A stretch of 64,000 nucleotides of DNA, from positions 1 to 64,000 of IMG/VR virus record IMGVR_UViG_3300032226_000905; one strand, 5' to 3'. The notes below the pieces were generated by a model. The model was not told the DNA's origin, ran no database searches, and saw nothing but the letters and a program-made list of their open reading frames with translations. This DNA is from a virus. Taxonomy: Duplodnaviria > Caudoviricetes. A program made the position numbers and the translations under genes. Positions 27,769-38,057 of this stretch are shown piece after piece. Within the stretch, counting starts at the first letter, position 1; every line of letters starts with the position of its first letter.

Positions 27769-28237
27769 TATATTTCTCCTTAAAGAATTCTTCTATTGGT
27801 AAGTTGTATTTAATACTGTCTATCTTATGGACCCCTATAAGATGAAGTACATAACTGGCCACGCTGGATCCACGTCCTACTCCCCAAACTACGTTGTTAG
27901 CTCTGAGAGTATCTACGATATATTTCATAGCTTTAAGCATAGGGATCATATCGTATTTGGCAAACAGCCTTAGTTCTTCTACAACTCGCTGTCGTATTTC
28001 AGGAGTAGGGCATCTTTGATATAACCAATCTAATATATCCATTGTCCGATATTCCTCCGGAATATTCCAATGTGTCGGATCAATTTCTTTGGGGGGAATT
28101 GGATAATCTAGGCGTTCTGAATCTACTCGTTTTAGATACGATTCTAATTCAGGGTCATCGCAGAGACATTTAGAGATGATTTCAGGTCCGTGCCTGATCA
28201 CTCCTTGAAATAGTTGTTCGACATTATTTGTTGACAT
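27761..28237 (-). CDS. Stand-alone fragment of DNA polymerase III alpha (DnaE) fold
   Basis: RVVEEL...YIVDTLRANNVVWGVGRGSSVASYVLHLIGVHKIDSIKYNLPIEEF mirrors DnaE GPGRGSAAGSLVAY.LGIT.IDP...L.FERF; ends before catalytic DxD. Confidence 0.75.
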   Translation of the reverse strand: MSTNNVEQLFQGVIRHGPEIISKCLCDDPELESYLKRVDSERLDYPIPPKEIDPTHWNIPEEYRTMDILDWLYQRCPTPEIRQRVVEELRLFAKYDMIPMLKAMKYIVDTLRANNVVWGVGRGSSVASYVLHLIGVHKIDSIKYNLPIEEFFKEKYNG

Positions 28238-28460
28238 TTATCAGTTGATCCAGATCTCCATCTAGTCCGGTATTGAGACGATCTCTATACCTTCTAGACA
28301 TTTCTTCTTTGTATATTGTAACAAAAGTTGAGAGCTGTGTCAACAGTTCAGGTTTACCTAAACGCTGTGCAACAAAATATTTTTTGGTTAGTTCCTGTAC
28401 TTTTTCTTCCAGTTCTTGATCTTTGAGCTGGCTGAGATCAGATTCCAAAGGATGAAACAT
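28224..28460 (-). CDS. Hypothetical protein
   Basis: 78-aa helical ORF. Confidence 0.55.
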   Translation of the reverse strand: MFHPLESDLSQLKDQELEEKVQELTKKYFVAQRLGKPELLTQLSTFVTIYKEEMSRRYRDRLNTGLDGDLDQLINVNK

Positions 28461-28466
28461 TTTTTA

Positions 28467-29051
28467 TCAGCTGAACTGACCTAGGTAATGTAGAAATATT
28501 CTATCCGATTTGTGTCTCCAGACTTCGACGATCAAGGGATCCCCGGCACCTGCTGCCAATTCTTGACTGGTAATTACAAATGGAGTAGGAAATCCAGCGG
28601 ATTTCTTTAAAATAGTACCACCGGTAGTGATAAATGTTAGTGTTCGAGCGGTACCGTCACCGTAGAGCTCTAGGGTGACTTTGCCCATGCCCGAAGGAGT
28701 TGTAGCATCATCTGGAAAATTTAAGAAGTCAACGTTGACATTAGCACCAAATCTATAGATCTGATATCTTCCATTTTCAAAATCTATGGTTAGTCCTGCA
28801 GTGATCGTTCCGCCGTCGAATTTCTTTTCATAGACATTCTGCAGAACAGCATTGGTTATGATATTTCTGTTGAAGTCAGTATCTTGATCTGTGCGAGCTG
28901 TGTTGTCCTGAAGATCTTCGATTTCAGATTTGGCTTCTAGAAAGTTAGTTTTGATAGTATCAAAGTTATCACGGAAAACCTGTGTGTCATTATCCTGGCC
29001 TGCTACAGGAAAGTTTTCGTTTATTGAGGCATAATTTATTGCACTAGTCAC
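28467..29051 (-). CDS. Probable virion structural protein
   Basis: FPVAGQDNDTQVFRDNF..IK.NF...K.EIEDLQ N-terminal segment then beta-rich domain; follows baseplate gene. Confidence 0.55.
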   Translation of the reverse strand: MTSAINYASINENFPVAGQDNDTQVFRDNFDTIKTNFLEAKSEIEDLQDNTARTDQDTDFNRNIITNAVLQNVYEKKFDGGTITAGLTIDFENGRYQIYRFGANVNVDFLNFPDDATTPSGMGKVTLELYGDGTARTLTFITTGGTILKKSAGFPTPFVITSQELAAGAGDPLIVEVWRHKSDRIFLHYLGQFS

Positions 29052-31558
29052 GGTAATTTTTCTCCACGTTGCGGAAACGCAAGGTATTTATCCTCTATTT
29101 GACCATCTAAAATATCTATGACATAACGATCTGCGGTAAAATCGATGCTTTTGAAATCAAATCCGTTGGATTTAATCCTGCTGATCACAGCTTCGGAATT
29201 TCCAGGTTTTAGAAAGCACAACGGTATGGCTTTAGCAAACCCCGATTCGACAAATGAGCGATCTTGTATACTGCGCATCCATAATGGTAAAAAAGTCCTT
29301 TCTCGATTGCCCACTGCTTTGATCCTTGATCTCATATTTTTTATACTGTTAGGAAACACACGTTGATGGTCTCGATCACTGACTAAAGGAATGTCGCTGT
29401 CTATTCTTATCGCATCATAGCTAACTAATACTCTGCTGTTTATGGTATTTGATAATTCTACGGTTTTGCTAATACTCTTGCCATTTTTTTCGAGTTCATC
29501 CACTACTTCCACATAGACTATTTCGTAGATTATTTCTTGGGTGGTCTGATCTTTAGCCACAGCATATTTCACATCTCCGAATCTGATCTGTTTTCGATAA
29601 TGATTGCGGCTCATAGCCTGCACATATTTTACAGCATTGACACTTTCGATTCCTGCAAATAACAGCATACGTAGTTCGCCTTGTATACCGAAGTTAGGAT
29701 CTCCATATCTATAGATTTCGTCAGATCTAAATATACCAGAATCAGTGATAAAATTATACCAAGCTAGTCTTTTTGGTTTACTTTGGAAGGCCTTGAGATA
29801 GAGATTAGCAAATGATTTGGTATTTTCAGTATCTACTGAAATATTAAACTCTCGAATGTTTTCAGCAAAATTTGCAGAGTCTCTAGCTCTTATAGAAAAA
29901 GCAAACACTCGATCAAATGTAGTAGCACTGTTGTCGAATGTGTTATTAAATTGTTTTGAACCTGTAGAGCTGTCTTCAGTTTCGGGATCTATGCTGTCTA
30001 CCCGATCATAAAATCTTATTATACCGGGAGCAGAATCGTCACCAAATTGATTAACCTTACCTAAGATCAGTCCTGTAGTAATAAGATTTAAGCCCGGAGG
30101 TAATGTTCCAGAGACTAATTCGTAAATAACTTTGCCTCCATAATAATTACTTTCGGCTTCTACATAGATATCGCTGGGCTGATTAGGTTTGATGCTGCCG
30201 CGATCAGAATCGGTGATCCAGGTTATAGCACTTTCGATTTCACCGATAATGTCTATAGTAAATGTTTTATCGGAAGTAGATACTGCTAGATTCCAATATT
30301 CACCTTCTTGAGGAACTTGGTTACGATTTGTCCTTAGACATACATAGATAAATCCACGAAATCTTACTGCTTCGTTAGGAAGGTATGTTCTAGTCGCAGA
30401 CCAGTCACCGACTAGAGTATATTCTATTTCTGCTAGAGCTGCTGGAAAACTCACAGCCTGCATGGTAAATTGATAGGTGGTAGTGATAGCAGCTTGATAA
30501 GGAACACGTCCTGCTATTTCTCCGGTGATGGTATCTAGGGTCAATCCTGGAGGCAGTGTGCTGGCGGATCCGTCAGGGTTCGTTGAAATCAAAAAGTAAG
30601 TGATAACTCCGTCGAGGCTAGGAGGATCGTATACATCAAGATACACAGTTACATAATTGTTAGCACGGTACTGACCGAGATAGCTTTCGGTAATCCATAA
30701 AGGTTTGCGATCGCTGCTGTTGTCTGCTCGGAATAGATTAGTATCGACTTGTACGATCGAATTGTCTGCCTGTAGAAACTCTTCGGTAACTACCCAGATA
30801 CGAAAAATTCTACGAACATCATTGACACCATCAGTGATGCCTACTACGAAAGTATAGAATCTGCTGAGCCTTCGTGGAGTTTGGCTAGGTTCATTATAGT
30901 CAAAGGATACGTTGTCATAGAAGTAGCTGTCATAACCGTTTGATCTAGCTTCGGCAACATCTAGAGGAGTTATATCATAACCTGCAGTATCAAAGGCTCC
31001 TGTGAGATTACCTACATAGTCTACTGCGAAAATAGGATCTGTGAATCCAGAGATAACTCCATCTTCGCTGAGACTAAGACCTGGGGGTAATTCTCCTCCC
31101 ATAGGACTGAGATAGAATTTTAGTGTATCCCCGGCGGTGAGATCTGTGTCAGTAGCTTCTAATTGGAAATTTACATAGGCGTTGTCTAAAACAAAATAAT
31201 TGTCGCCTTCACCTACTTTGAGGAATCCTTCCGCGGTCAGCCATCGAGGAACGTCCGACCCGTCTACTGATAATCTAAAAGTTCGGTCTTCGATATCTCG
31301 TCCATCGCTGGCTCTGATCACAAATCTACTCTCGGTAAATCGTTTGACTTCTACTGGAGACCCTGTAATATATCCTGTGGTCTGTGAGCTATCTGTGATA
31401 TCAGAGTTGACTATGCGCAGACCTCGAGGTAGACTACCTGCTATCAGTGTATAGATAATCGGTCCTTGATCGGAGGTTGCTTCAAGCGGAATCGATAGAG
31501 TGATACGCTCAGTGATAATTCCTAGATCGCCTGCAGCAGTGATCCACGTTATGGCCAT
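29048..31558 (-). CDS. Baseplate/structural protein with tandem Ig-like repeats
   Basis: Repeated GSLPRGL/GELPPGLSL/TLPPGLTL/GTLPPGLNL Ig-like units. Confidence 0.65.
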   Translation of the reverse strand: MAITWITAAGDLGIITERITLSIPLEATSDQGPIIYTLIAGSLPRGLRIVNSDITDSSQTTGYITGSPVEVKRFTESRFVIRASDGRDIEDRTFRLSVDGSDVPRWLTAEGFLKVGEGDNYFVLDNAYVNFQLEATDTDLTAGDTLKFYLSPMGGELPPGLSLSEDGVISGFTDPIFAVDYVGNLTGAFDTAGYDITPLDVAEARSNGYDSYFYDNVSFDYNEPSQTPRRLSRFYTFVVGITDGVNDVRRIFRIWVVTEEFLQADNSIVQVDTNLFRADNSSDRKPLWITESYLGQYRANNYVTVYLDVYDPPSLDGVITYFLISTNPDGSASTLPPGLTLDTITGEIAGRVPYQAAITTTYQFTMQAVSFPAALAEIEYTLVGDWSATRTYLPNEAVRFRGFIYVCLRTNRNQVPQEGEYWNLAVSTSDKTFTIDIIGEIESAITWITDSDRGSIKPNQPSDIYVEAESNYYGGKVIYELVSGTLPPGLNLITTGLILGKVNQFGDDSAPGIIRFYDRVDSIDPETEDSSTGSKQFNNTFDNSATTFDRVFAFSIRARDSANFAENIREFNISVDTENTKSFANLYLKAFQSKPKRLAWYNFITDSGIFRSDEIYRYGDPNFGIQGELRMLLFAGIESVNAVKYVQAMSRNHYRKQIRFGDVKYAVAKDQTTQEIIYEIVYVEVVDELEKNGKSISKTVELSNTINSRVLVSYDAIRIDSDIPLVSDRDHQRVFPNSIKNMRSRIKAVGNRERTFLPLWMRSIQDRSFVESGFAKAIPLCFLKPGNSEAVISRIKSNGFDFKSIDFTADRYVIDILDGQIEDKYLAFPQRGEKLP

Positions 31559-31568
31559 CTCGTGATCC

Positions 31569-32114
31569 TTAGAGTTCTCCTAGGTCAATAGTCAATGAAC
31601 TAGGGTTAGACACAGTACCGAAATCTAGATTTGATGACTGTGCGTATAATTGTATGATGTTCGTGTACGAGCCACTGATAGTACCAAAATCCATGTTGCT
31701 AAGGATATCCGTGACTGGTAGTACTGTGTTGATTTTAACAGCATCACCTTGTACAAAAGTAGTGATATCGTTACCGCCAACTATACTGATGTTAGGGTAA
31801 TTGTCCGCATCCATGATACCACTGTTAGTGGTGATAGTTTCAAAGGCACCAGGCTGATTGTTTGTGAATATGATAGAATCGGTAAGTTCGTTGATAAACA
31901 TTTTGTTACCAGCGACTAATCTCTTTAGCTTAAATTCGTTCCCTGCTTTTTCTTTAAATATGCCAGCCCCTGTAGAGCCGACGTTGCTCATAGTAGGAGT
32001 TAGGCTAGAATACAGATCTGTGAAATTAGCATTTACTTTTTGGAACGCAGTCCGTAAATCATCACCTAATCCATCGTTTACTACATTACCTATGTTGATC
32101 GTTTGTATGGCCAT
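31569..32114 (-). CDS. Baseplate/tail-fibre connector with T4 gp9/gp10-like N-terminus
   Basis: INIGNVVNDGLGDDLRTAFQKVNANF motif. Confidence 0.65.
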   Translation of the reverse strand: MAIQTINIGNVVNDGLGDDLRTAFQKVNANFTDLYSSLTPTMSNVGSTGAGIFKEKAGNEFKLKRLVAGNKMFINELTDSIIFTNNQPGAFETITTNSGIMDADNYPNISIVGGNDITTFVQGDAVKINTVLPVTDILSNMDFGTISGSYTNIIQLYAQSSNLDFGTVSNPSSLTIDLGEL

Positions 32115-32146
32115 TTTGCGCTCTCTTTAGTATATTTACCGTTTCA

Positions 32147-32893
32147 TCAGAATGGTTTAGTAGCACTCTGCGTTACTGTGCCGTTGTTTGTTACAGTTTG
32201 TTCGTTTACTGAGTCTGTGGTCACTGCTGCACCCAGCATCAGATACTTGGCACCAGCAAAGCCACCCAACGGTGCTATAGGTGCTGTGACTGTGCTAGTG
32301 GCACTGGCGTAAACTGCTGAGCCCACTGTGACTCGCAAGTTGGTAATAAAACCGGGCCAATAGCCTCCGTAGAATTTACCTATGTTATTACTCACGCCTG
32401 CAAAATTCAGTGTGTTGACCTGTGTGCCGCCGCTGATACCGACGCCGCCTGCGGCAGTGCTGGCACGATAACAGGTCACAACAGCACTGGTACTCACAAA
32501 GGTACCCACCCACATTGTTTCTACTTTGGTATCGGCATCGCGATTCAGTATGATGTACTGCCACTTGTTGACCTGCAGGGTATCAGAGGGAAAAGTATAA
32601 GTTCTTTGACCACCGCCACCATATGCGTCCAGAGTAAACGACTGTGCATCATTGGTGAATAGACTTAGAGCACCTGAAGCACCGCTGGGGTGCTGTGGGG
32701 CAATCAACCCTCTTTGAGAGGTATAGTTGGCGTTGTTGTAGAACCAACCTTCTATGGTGTAAGCATTGGCACCTATTGCAATGCCTGGACTCAAACTAAG
32801 AAACTGGCTGCTTCCGTTAAACTGAAGACTGCCTGCAAGTGGGGTGTAGAGGCCAGCGGCGTAACTGGCCAGTAATGCTACTGCTCCTGCCAT
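32147..32893 (-). CDS. LamG/concanavalin-like lectin domain protein
   Basis: SLQFNGSSQFL, YTIEGWFY, NKWQYIIL, GFITNLRVTVG. Confidence 0.7.
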   Translation of the reverse strand: MAGAVALLASYAAGLYTPLAGSLQFNGSSQFLSLSPGIAIGANAYTIEGWFYNNANYTSQRGLIAPQHPSGASGALSLFTNDAQSFTLDAYGGGGQRTYTFPSDTLQVNKWQYIILNRDADTKVETMWVGTFVSTSAVVTCYRASTAAGGVGISGGTQVNTLNFAGVSNNIGKFYGGYWPGFITNLRVTVGSAVYASATSTVTAPIAPLGGFAGAKYLMLGAAVTTDSVNEQTVTNNGTVTQSATKPF

Positions 32894-32894
32894 A

Positions 32895-35354
32895 TTATGT
32901 TAGTCCTATTCCGTTAATGTACCACAAGGTAGACGCTACCTTGACTGCTGTGGCCATACCATTTGCAGCCAGTGTTCTTGTGCCAGTTGAACTGCTGCCT
33001 GCCAATCTCAATGTATCTGTGTTAATCACAATAAGCACTGTGGTAGCACTTGGTCCAGCTATAAATGTAAGAGTAGTTCCTATGGGATAGGCCACTGATG
33101 AGTTGTCCGGAATAGCTATAGCCTGTCCTGTAGTAGTCACATAAATGTGTTTGCCTGCATCACCTATGGCCAGTGTGGCCGAAGTACTTGTTCCACTCTG
33201 TGGTAGACCTAAATAGCCCACGCTCTTGACAGTACTGGCTGTGGTAGCATCTGCTATGGCATTGATTACAACACCACCAGAGCCATTGCATTCTAATTCA
33301 AGATTAGCGTTTGTGACCGTTGTAGTGATTCTATTGCCCACCACAGTGATCTGATCAGTGTTGAAACGTTCAGCAGTGACACTATTACTGTATGAAACTT
33401 CTTTGGTACTGGCGTTGTATTGTAATATTCCGCTGGTAGCACTGATATTTCTAATTGGTGCTACTGTGAATGTGTTGGCAGTGGTTTGCTCCAGGGGATC
33501 GCCAGTGGCATTTATAATGATCGAGTTTGCAGCTTGATTATTGTAGCCAGCTTTCTTGCCAATCGCTATAGCATTGGCACCTTGATACGATTCGCCAGCA
33601 CTCTCGCCAATGGCCACTGCGGCAGCACCTTGTGTGTAATAACCAGCACTAGACCCAATAGCTATAGCTGTCGCACTTTGTGAATTTAGTCCAGCTTCAT
33701 AACCAAATGCTATAGCATTGCCGGCGGTGTCTTTCAATGTCGTATTGTTGGCCAATCGCAACTTACCATCGGTGCCAAATTCCCACATATAGGTGTTATT
33801 GTTAGTGTAAACTCTAACAGGATACGCCCCAAGACCTCTTAGATTTAAATTTTGGTTGGCTCGTAAATCTAGATTGAGTGTGGTTCGCAGATCAAGATCC
33901 ATAGCCTGAGCGTCAACTAGTATCTCACCTCCATCGACATCCATATTAATTTTGCTTTGCAGCTGGTAGTAAAAAACTAAACTGGTTATTGGTACGGTTG
34001 TTCCCTGTCCTCCAGGAGGAACAGCGTCCAGGCCGAGTAGAACACCAGACCCTCCGCCATTGTTGTTGTCATAAAAAACATTGGGGGTCCTTGCCCCACC
34101 ATTGATGGATACTTCATAGGCTAAGCCAAGTGAGCCAGGGCCAGTGAGCCAAAAATCTTGAAGGCCTTGGGCATCAGTAAAGCGGGCGGCCCCTAAGCCG
34201 CCTTCGTTATTCCACGATCCACTGCCCCAATCAGCGGAAGAAAAAGAAGTAGTTGAATCACGCCACACACTCATATAAGTGCCATTATTGGGGTCTAGGT
34301 TTATTTCATTTCTTAATACAGAATTGGCATCTTTGGCCTGTAGTTGAAATTCTTGAGCAATAGGTGCTGTTATGATTCCATTTGCCGGTACTGTTAATAC
34401 ACCAGCACTGCTAAGACTGACTGTGTAAGCACCGTTGACTAAACTGCTAACGCTGCCACCGCCACCTAGTACACTTGTGCCTGTACTATCTTTAATATCG
34501 CCGCCTGCTGGCAATGTCAGGTGGCCATCTGCCCCAAACCGCCAATTGAATGTGCTGCTGTCCGGAGTGTCTATGGTGATGTCGATGTTGGTAGCGGATT
34601 TAATTCTACTGTCATCAGGCAGGATCAAGGTGCGGTCTGTATTAAATGTCCAAGTTTGAGAGGGATCTTCAGCATTATCAACTAAGACTAGGTTGATTTC
34701 TTTAGTGTTGCCTTGGTTCCATACACTGATATAAGAACCGTCTGCTACTTGAAGTTGTGCTAGCCCATCGCCTTCAACGGCCAGTTGATTTTCTGAAACA
34801 ATGCCCTGTGCATTGACTTTGAAAGCGCCGGTTGATTCTACGACAACCGAATAAGCACCGTTGACCAATCTATCAAAGCTGGTAGGTATAGTGGGCTTGC
34901 CAGTTAGATCAGCATAGGCACCTGTGGTAGCCACTGTAGCAAATGTGGTACCGCCTGTTATTAGACTTCCGTTGACCAATAGATTACCTGCACCGTTGAC
35001 AGATAATGCTGTGCCACCTAAGAAAATTGTGTTGTTGCTGACATACAGGCTGCGGAACGGTTTAGTAGGAGATCCTAAGTTACTGCCATTGGCCACACTT
35101 GGAGTAATATCCCCGTCTACTGTAATCTCACCGTTTACTGTAATTGGTTTATCGATAACAATAGCAGTACTGTCATCAGTACTCATTGTACTACCGGTAA
35201 ATGTAAAAGCCCCTAGATTTAATGTTGTATCGGCTAATCCCAGTGCTGTATAGAGTTCTGTGAAGTTAGCGTTGACCTTATTAAAAGCTGCTCTTAGACT
35301 ATCGCCATTTTTGGCGTTGGCCGCTGTACCTATGTTGATCGTTTGTTTTGACAT
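32895..35354 (-). CDS. Tail fibre/adhesin with gp9/10-like N-terminus and YadA-head-like repeats
   Basis: INIGTAANAKNGDSLRAAFNKVNANF; AIAFGYEAG/AIAIGSSAG/AVAIGESAG/AIAIGKKAG repeats. Confidence 0.7.
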   Translation of the reverse strand: MSKQTINIGTAANAKNGDSLRAAFNKVNANFTELYTALGLADTTLNLGAFTFTGSTMSTDDSTAIVIDKPITVNGEITVDGDITPSVANGSNLGSPTKPFRSLYVSNNTIFLGGTALSVNGAGNLLVNGSLITGGTTFATVATTGAYADLTGKPTIPTSFDRLVNGAYSVVVESTGAFKVNAQGIVSENQLAVEGDGLAQLQVADGSYISVWNQGNTKEINLVLVDNAEDPSQTWTFNTDRTLILPDDSRIKSATNIDITIDTPDSSTFNWRFGADGHLTLPAGGDIKDSTGTSVLGGGGSVSSLVNGAYTVSLSSAGVLTVPANGIITAPIAQEFQLQAKDANSVLRNEINLDPNNGTYMSVWRDSTTSFSSADWGSGSWNNEGGLGAARFTDAQGLQDFWLTGPGSLGLAYEVSINGGARTPNVFYDNNNGGGSGVLLGLDAVPPGGQGTTVPITSLVFYYQLQSKINMDVDGGEILVDAQAMDLDLRTTLNLDLRANQNLNLRGLGAYPVRVYTNNNTYMWEFGTDGKLRLANNTTLKDTAGNAIAFGYEAGLNSQSATAIAIGSSAGYYTQGAAAVAIGESAGESYQGANAIAIGKKAGYNNQAANSIIINATGDPLEQTTANTFTVAPIRNISATSGILQYNASTKEVSYSNSVTAERFNTDQITVVGNRITTTVTNANLELECNGSGGVVINAIADATTASTVKSVGYLGLPQSGTSTSATLAIGDAGKHIYVTTTGQAIAIPDNSSVAYPIGTTLTFIAGPSATTVLIVINTDTLRLAGSSSTGTRTLAANGMATAVKVASTLWYINGIGLT

Positions 35355-35365
35355 ATATTGCTCCG

Positions 35366-38056
35366 TTATAAGGTCCTTTTTATTCTAGGTCTAGGGTATA
35401 CTGCTCCAGTGGCGGGTCTTATTTTATAATTGATCTTAGGATAGGTATTACCTGTGTCCTGTCTTTCTTTATAATAGAACAGAAATAGATTAGGGGCTCC
35501 CTGCAAATTTTGTCCGTCTGTGGGAGTACTACCACTGGCAGTCAATTGATTCTGCTTGGCATAATTGATTATGTAAGTTTTAGCATCGGTCTGCGTCATG
35601 TTCGGATAGATTTCTAAAGCACAGGCGATGACTCCACATACCTGTGGGCTGGCCATGCTGGTACCGTTGTATTTTCCTATATAATGACTTCCGCTTCTGG
35701 GATCCGGAGTGCTGCTGGCATAACCTGGCAAGGCACTGATAATCGCAGTTCCTGGAGCCCATATGTCTACACCTGGTCCGCAGTCACTGAAGAGAACTTT
35801 CTGATCTATCTGTATACTATCTACAGCGCCTACGCAGATATTTGGAATATCGTAGGTTCCACTAGAAGTATTATCATTGGCAGTAGGGCTGGTTCCTCGC
35901 ATATAATAATAAGGACTAGATACACTTCCTGGGTATCTTGTACCCATTTCGAAAGTATTGTTCCAGTCAGTGCCACCCGGGACATCGTGTTTCCATCGAC
36001 CGTTACCGGCAGCACCTACGAATATAATTCCTTCATCGATGGCGTCTTCGATGTCTGCATCTAATGCGGCCACACGCACAGGTATTCTTTGTCCGGATAT
36101 AAATCCCCAGGTGTTTAACTGTCCTGTGGTAAACGCCTGTCCAGTGACCGTTTTCCTATTGTTTTGCCCTATGACTAGGTCTATCTGCGTAGGAGTAGCT
36201 TCATAGAATGTGTATTGATACCGCATTCCGGGATTACCTAATGTACCAATGACAGATCCGTTGCCTTCTACGATCACTCGGTAAGTTCTATTAGGAGCCG
36301 ATCCTTCAGTACCATAATAGATTCGCTGTACTGAGTTGTCGTCAGAACCAACCATTATCTTAGGAAAGTTAGGAGTATCAGCATCAATACCGTAATAGAT
36401 CGTCGATCCACCGCCAAATGTCAGATAGGTATTAGTACCAAAATATAATGTGCTATGATTTGTACCTAGATAAGTGATATTGAAAGGAACGTTCAGTGTC
36501 CAATAACCGTCATCGTTGTTGCCTACAGTGGGTGTAGTGCTAGATGTAAGACCTGTGATGGAACCTATGCTTTGTATTCCTAGATCTGTGACGGTGGCCG
36601 TGGGACTAGTTCCTCCTGAAGTTTCTATAGTGCAATACATGGCAAAGGTTGTTAGAGGTGCATCGCTTGCAGAAGTATTGAGATTGGTGATGTAATTTAT
36701 AGTATAGACTTCATTGTTGGCCATCACGTAGGTCTGTTGTATGTCTGTTTCAACTTCCAATCCAGTTTCCGGACCATCTGAGTAGGTAACGTTGACTCCG
36801 CTAGGACTAGTGATAGTGATGCTCGATGACAATGTAACCGTACCAGTATTGCCTCCTGATGCTGTGTTGTTTCTAAGACTTACTGTACCTGGTCCTTGGA
36901 CCAGCACTGTGTATGAGGCAGCTGGAGGCACTATTCCAAAAATATAAACCTGATATGAACCAGACTGAGTCCACGATGCTGGAACCGAAGTAAATGATGC
37001 TGTAGCACTAGGACCGGTTCCGCCAGTGGTAGAAATTCTCTGTGCTATATTTTCCGGATTACCGGTAAAGTTAGCCAGCAAGGCATTGGAACTGTAGACA
37101 CCACTGGCTCCACCGTAGGTAGTGGGCGGATTGGCAAATGGAGTATTTCTCGTTCCTCTGTAGGTCACTGCAGTGATATCCGAAAAACTCCATTCGGCTG
37201 GAAAAATACTCATGCCCCAACTGTTGTTGCAGATAGTGGGATTACGTCTACCTGTGGCAGGATTTATAGATTTGTTTCTATGGAATTCTCTAATATAATC
37301 GATGACATAGGGAAAGTTACTGTCGCCTACGGCACCAGCATAGTAATAGATATTATAGATATTAGCGTCTCTAGCCCACCCTTGCGTATTACCTGCTACA
37401 GTGCCTGCTACGTGTGTGGCATGATCGCTGGTATTGCTGTAGGTATAGGTCCCCGAAGCTGATCCCTTGACCACTGAATCGTGCTGAAACCAATTGTATT
37501 GAACAGTTCTAGTTGAACCAGTACCGTCAGCGTTAGCACGAAATTCTGGATGATTCCATACTAGGCCATCGCCATCGACAATAACTACGTCTACATGTTT
37601 TCCTGTCTGAGTCAGACTTATCGTAGCAGTTTGCGAAGCTGTGCCGCTACCTGTTCCTTCGAATCCTGTGCCACCCCACCCAGCTCGCTGTGAAGCTTCA
37701 GTGCATCTCAGCAGAGCCCAATTTTTCATGTTAGTGGAGTTTGAATTTGATTTGTCCCAGTTAGAACTAGTTTGAGTTACATTAGTTCCGGCTTCAATAC
37801 CTAGCTCTTTCGGTACTAACTCTATGGTTTTAATTCTTGGGTCAGAAGACAGTTGTCCAGCTTCCCAGGCAGTTAGCCTATAGATAGTTCCACGACTACC
37901 GGGTCTTCGACTCACACACTCTACAGCTCTGATCAATTCTAATCCAGGAGGGCTTTTTCCTGCTGATTCTAATTCATCATAGATATCGTCGAGGTCATCA
38001 TAGCTGTGTGCCACGACAATATATTGTTTGGTTCTGATGTAGTCTAATAATGACAT
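35366..38056 (-). CDS. Subtilisin-family (S8) serine protease with large insertion
   Basis: Triad VIVDGDG, HATHVAGTVAG, GTSMASPQV; oxyanion AAGNG; propeptide-like N-terminus. Confidence 0.88.
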   Translation of the reverse strand: MSLLDYIRTKQYIVVAHSYDDLDDIYDELESAGKSPPGLELIRAVECVSRRPGSRGTIYRLTAWEAGQLSSDPRIKTIELVPKELGIEAGTNVTQTSSNWDKSNSNSTNMKNWALLRCTEASQRAGWGGTGFEGTGSGTASQTATISLTQTGKHVDVVIVDGDGLVWNHPEFRANADGTGSTRTVQYNWFQHDSVVKGSASGTYTYSNTSDHATHVAGTVAGNTQGWARDANIYNIYYYAGAVGDSNFPYVIDYIREFHRNKSINPATGRRNPTICNNSWGMSIFPAEWSFSDITAVTYRGTRNTPFANPPTTYGGASGVYSSNALLANFTGNPENIAQRISTTGGTGPSATASFTSVPASWTQSGSYQVYIFGIVPPAASYTVLVQGPGTVSLRNNTASGGNTGTVTLSSSITITSPSGVNVTYSDGPETGLEVETDIQQTYVMANNEVYTINYITNLNTSASDAPLTTFAMYCTIETSGGTSPTATVTDLGIQSIGSITGLTSSTTPTVGNNDDGYWTLNVPFNITYLGTNHSTLYFGTNTYLTFGGGSTIYYGIDADTPNFPKIMVGSDDNSVQRIYYGTEGSAPNRTYRVIVEGNGSVIGTLGNPGMRYQYTFYEATPTQIDLVIGQNNRKTVTGQAFTTGQLNTWGFISGQRIPVRVAALDADIEDAIDEGIIFVGAAGNGRWKHDVPGGTDWNNTFEMGTRYPGSVSSPYYYMRGTSPTANDNTSSGTYDIPNICVGAVDSIQIDQKVLFSDCGPGVDIWAPGTAIISALPGYASSTPDPRSGSHYIGKYNGTSMASPQVCGVIACALEIYPNMTQTDAKTYIINYAKQNQLTASGSTPTDGQNLQGAPNLFLFYYKERQDTGNTYPKINYKIRPATGAVYPRPRIKRTL

Positions 38057-38057
38057 G

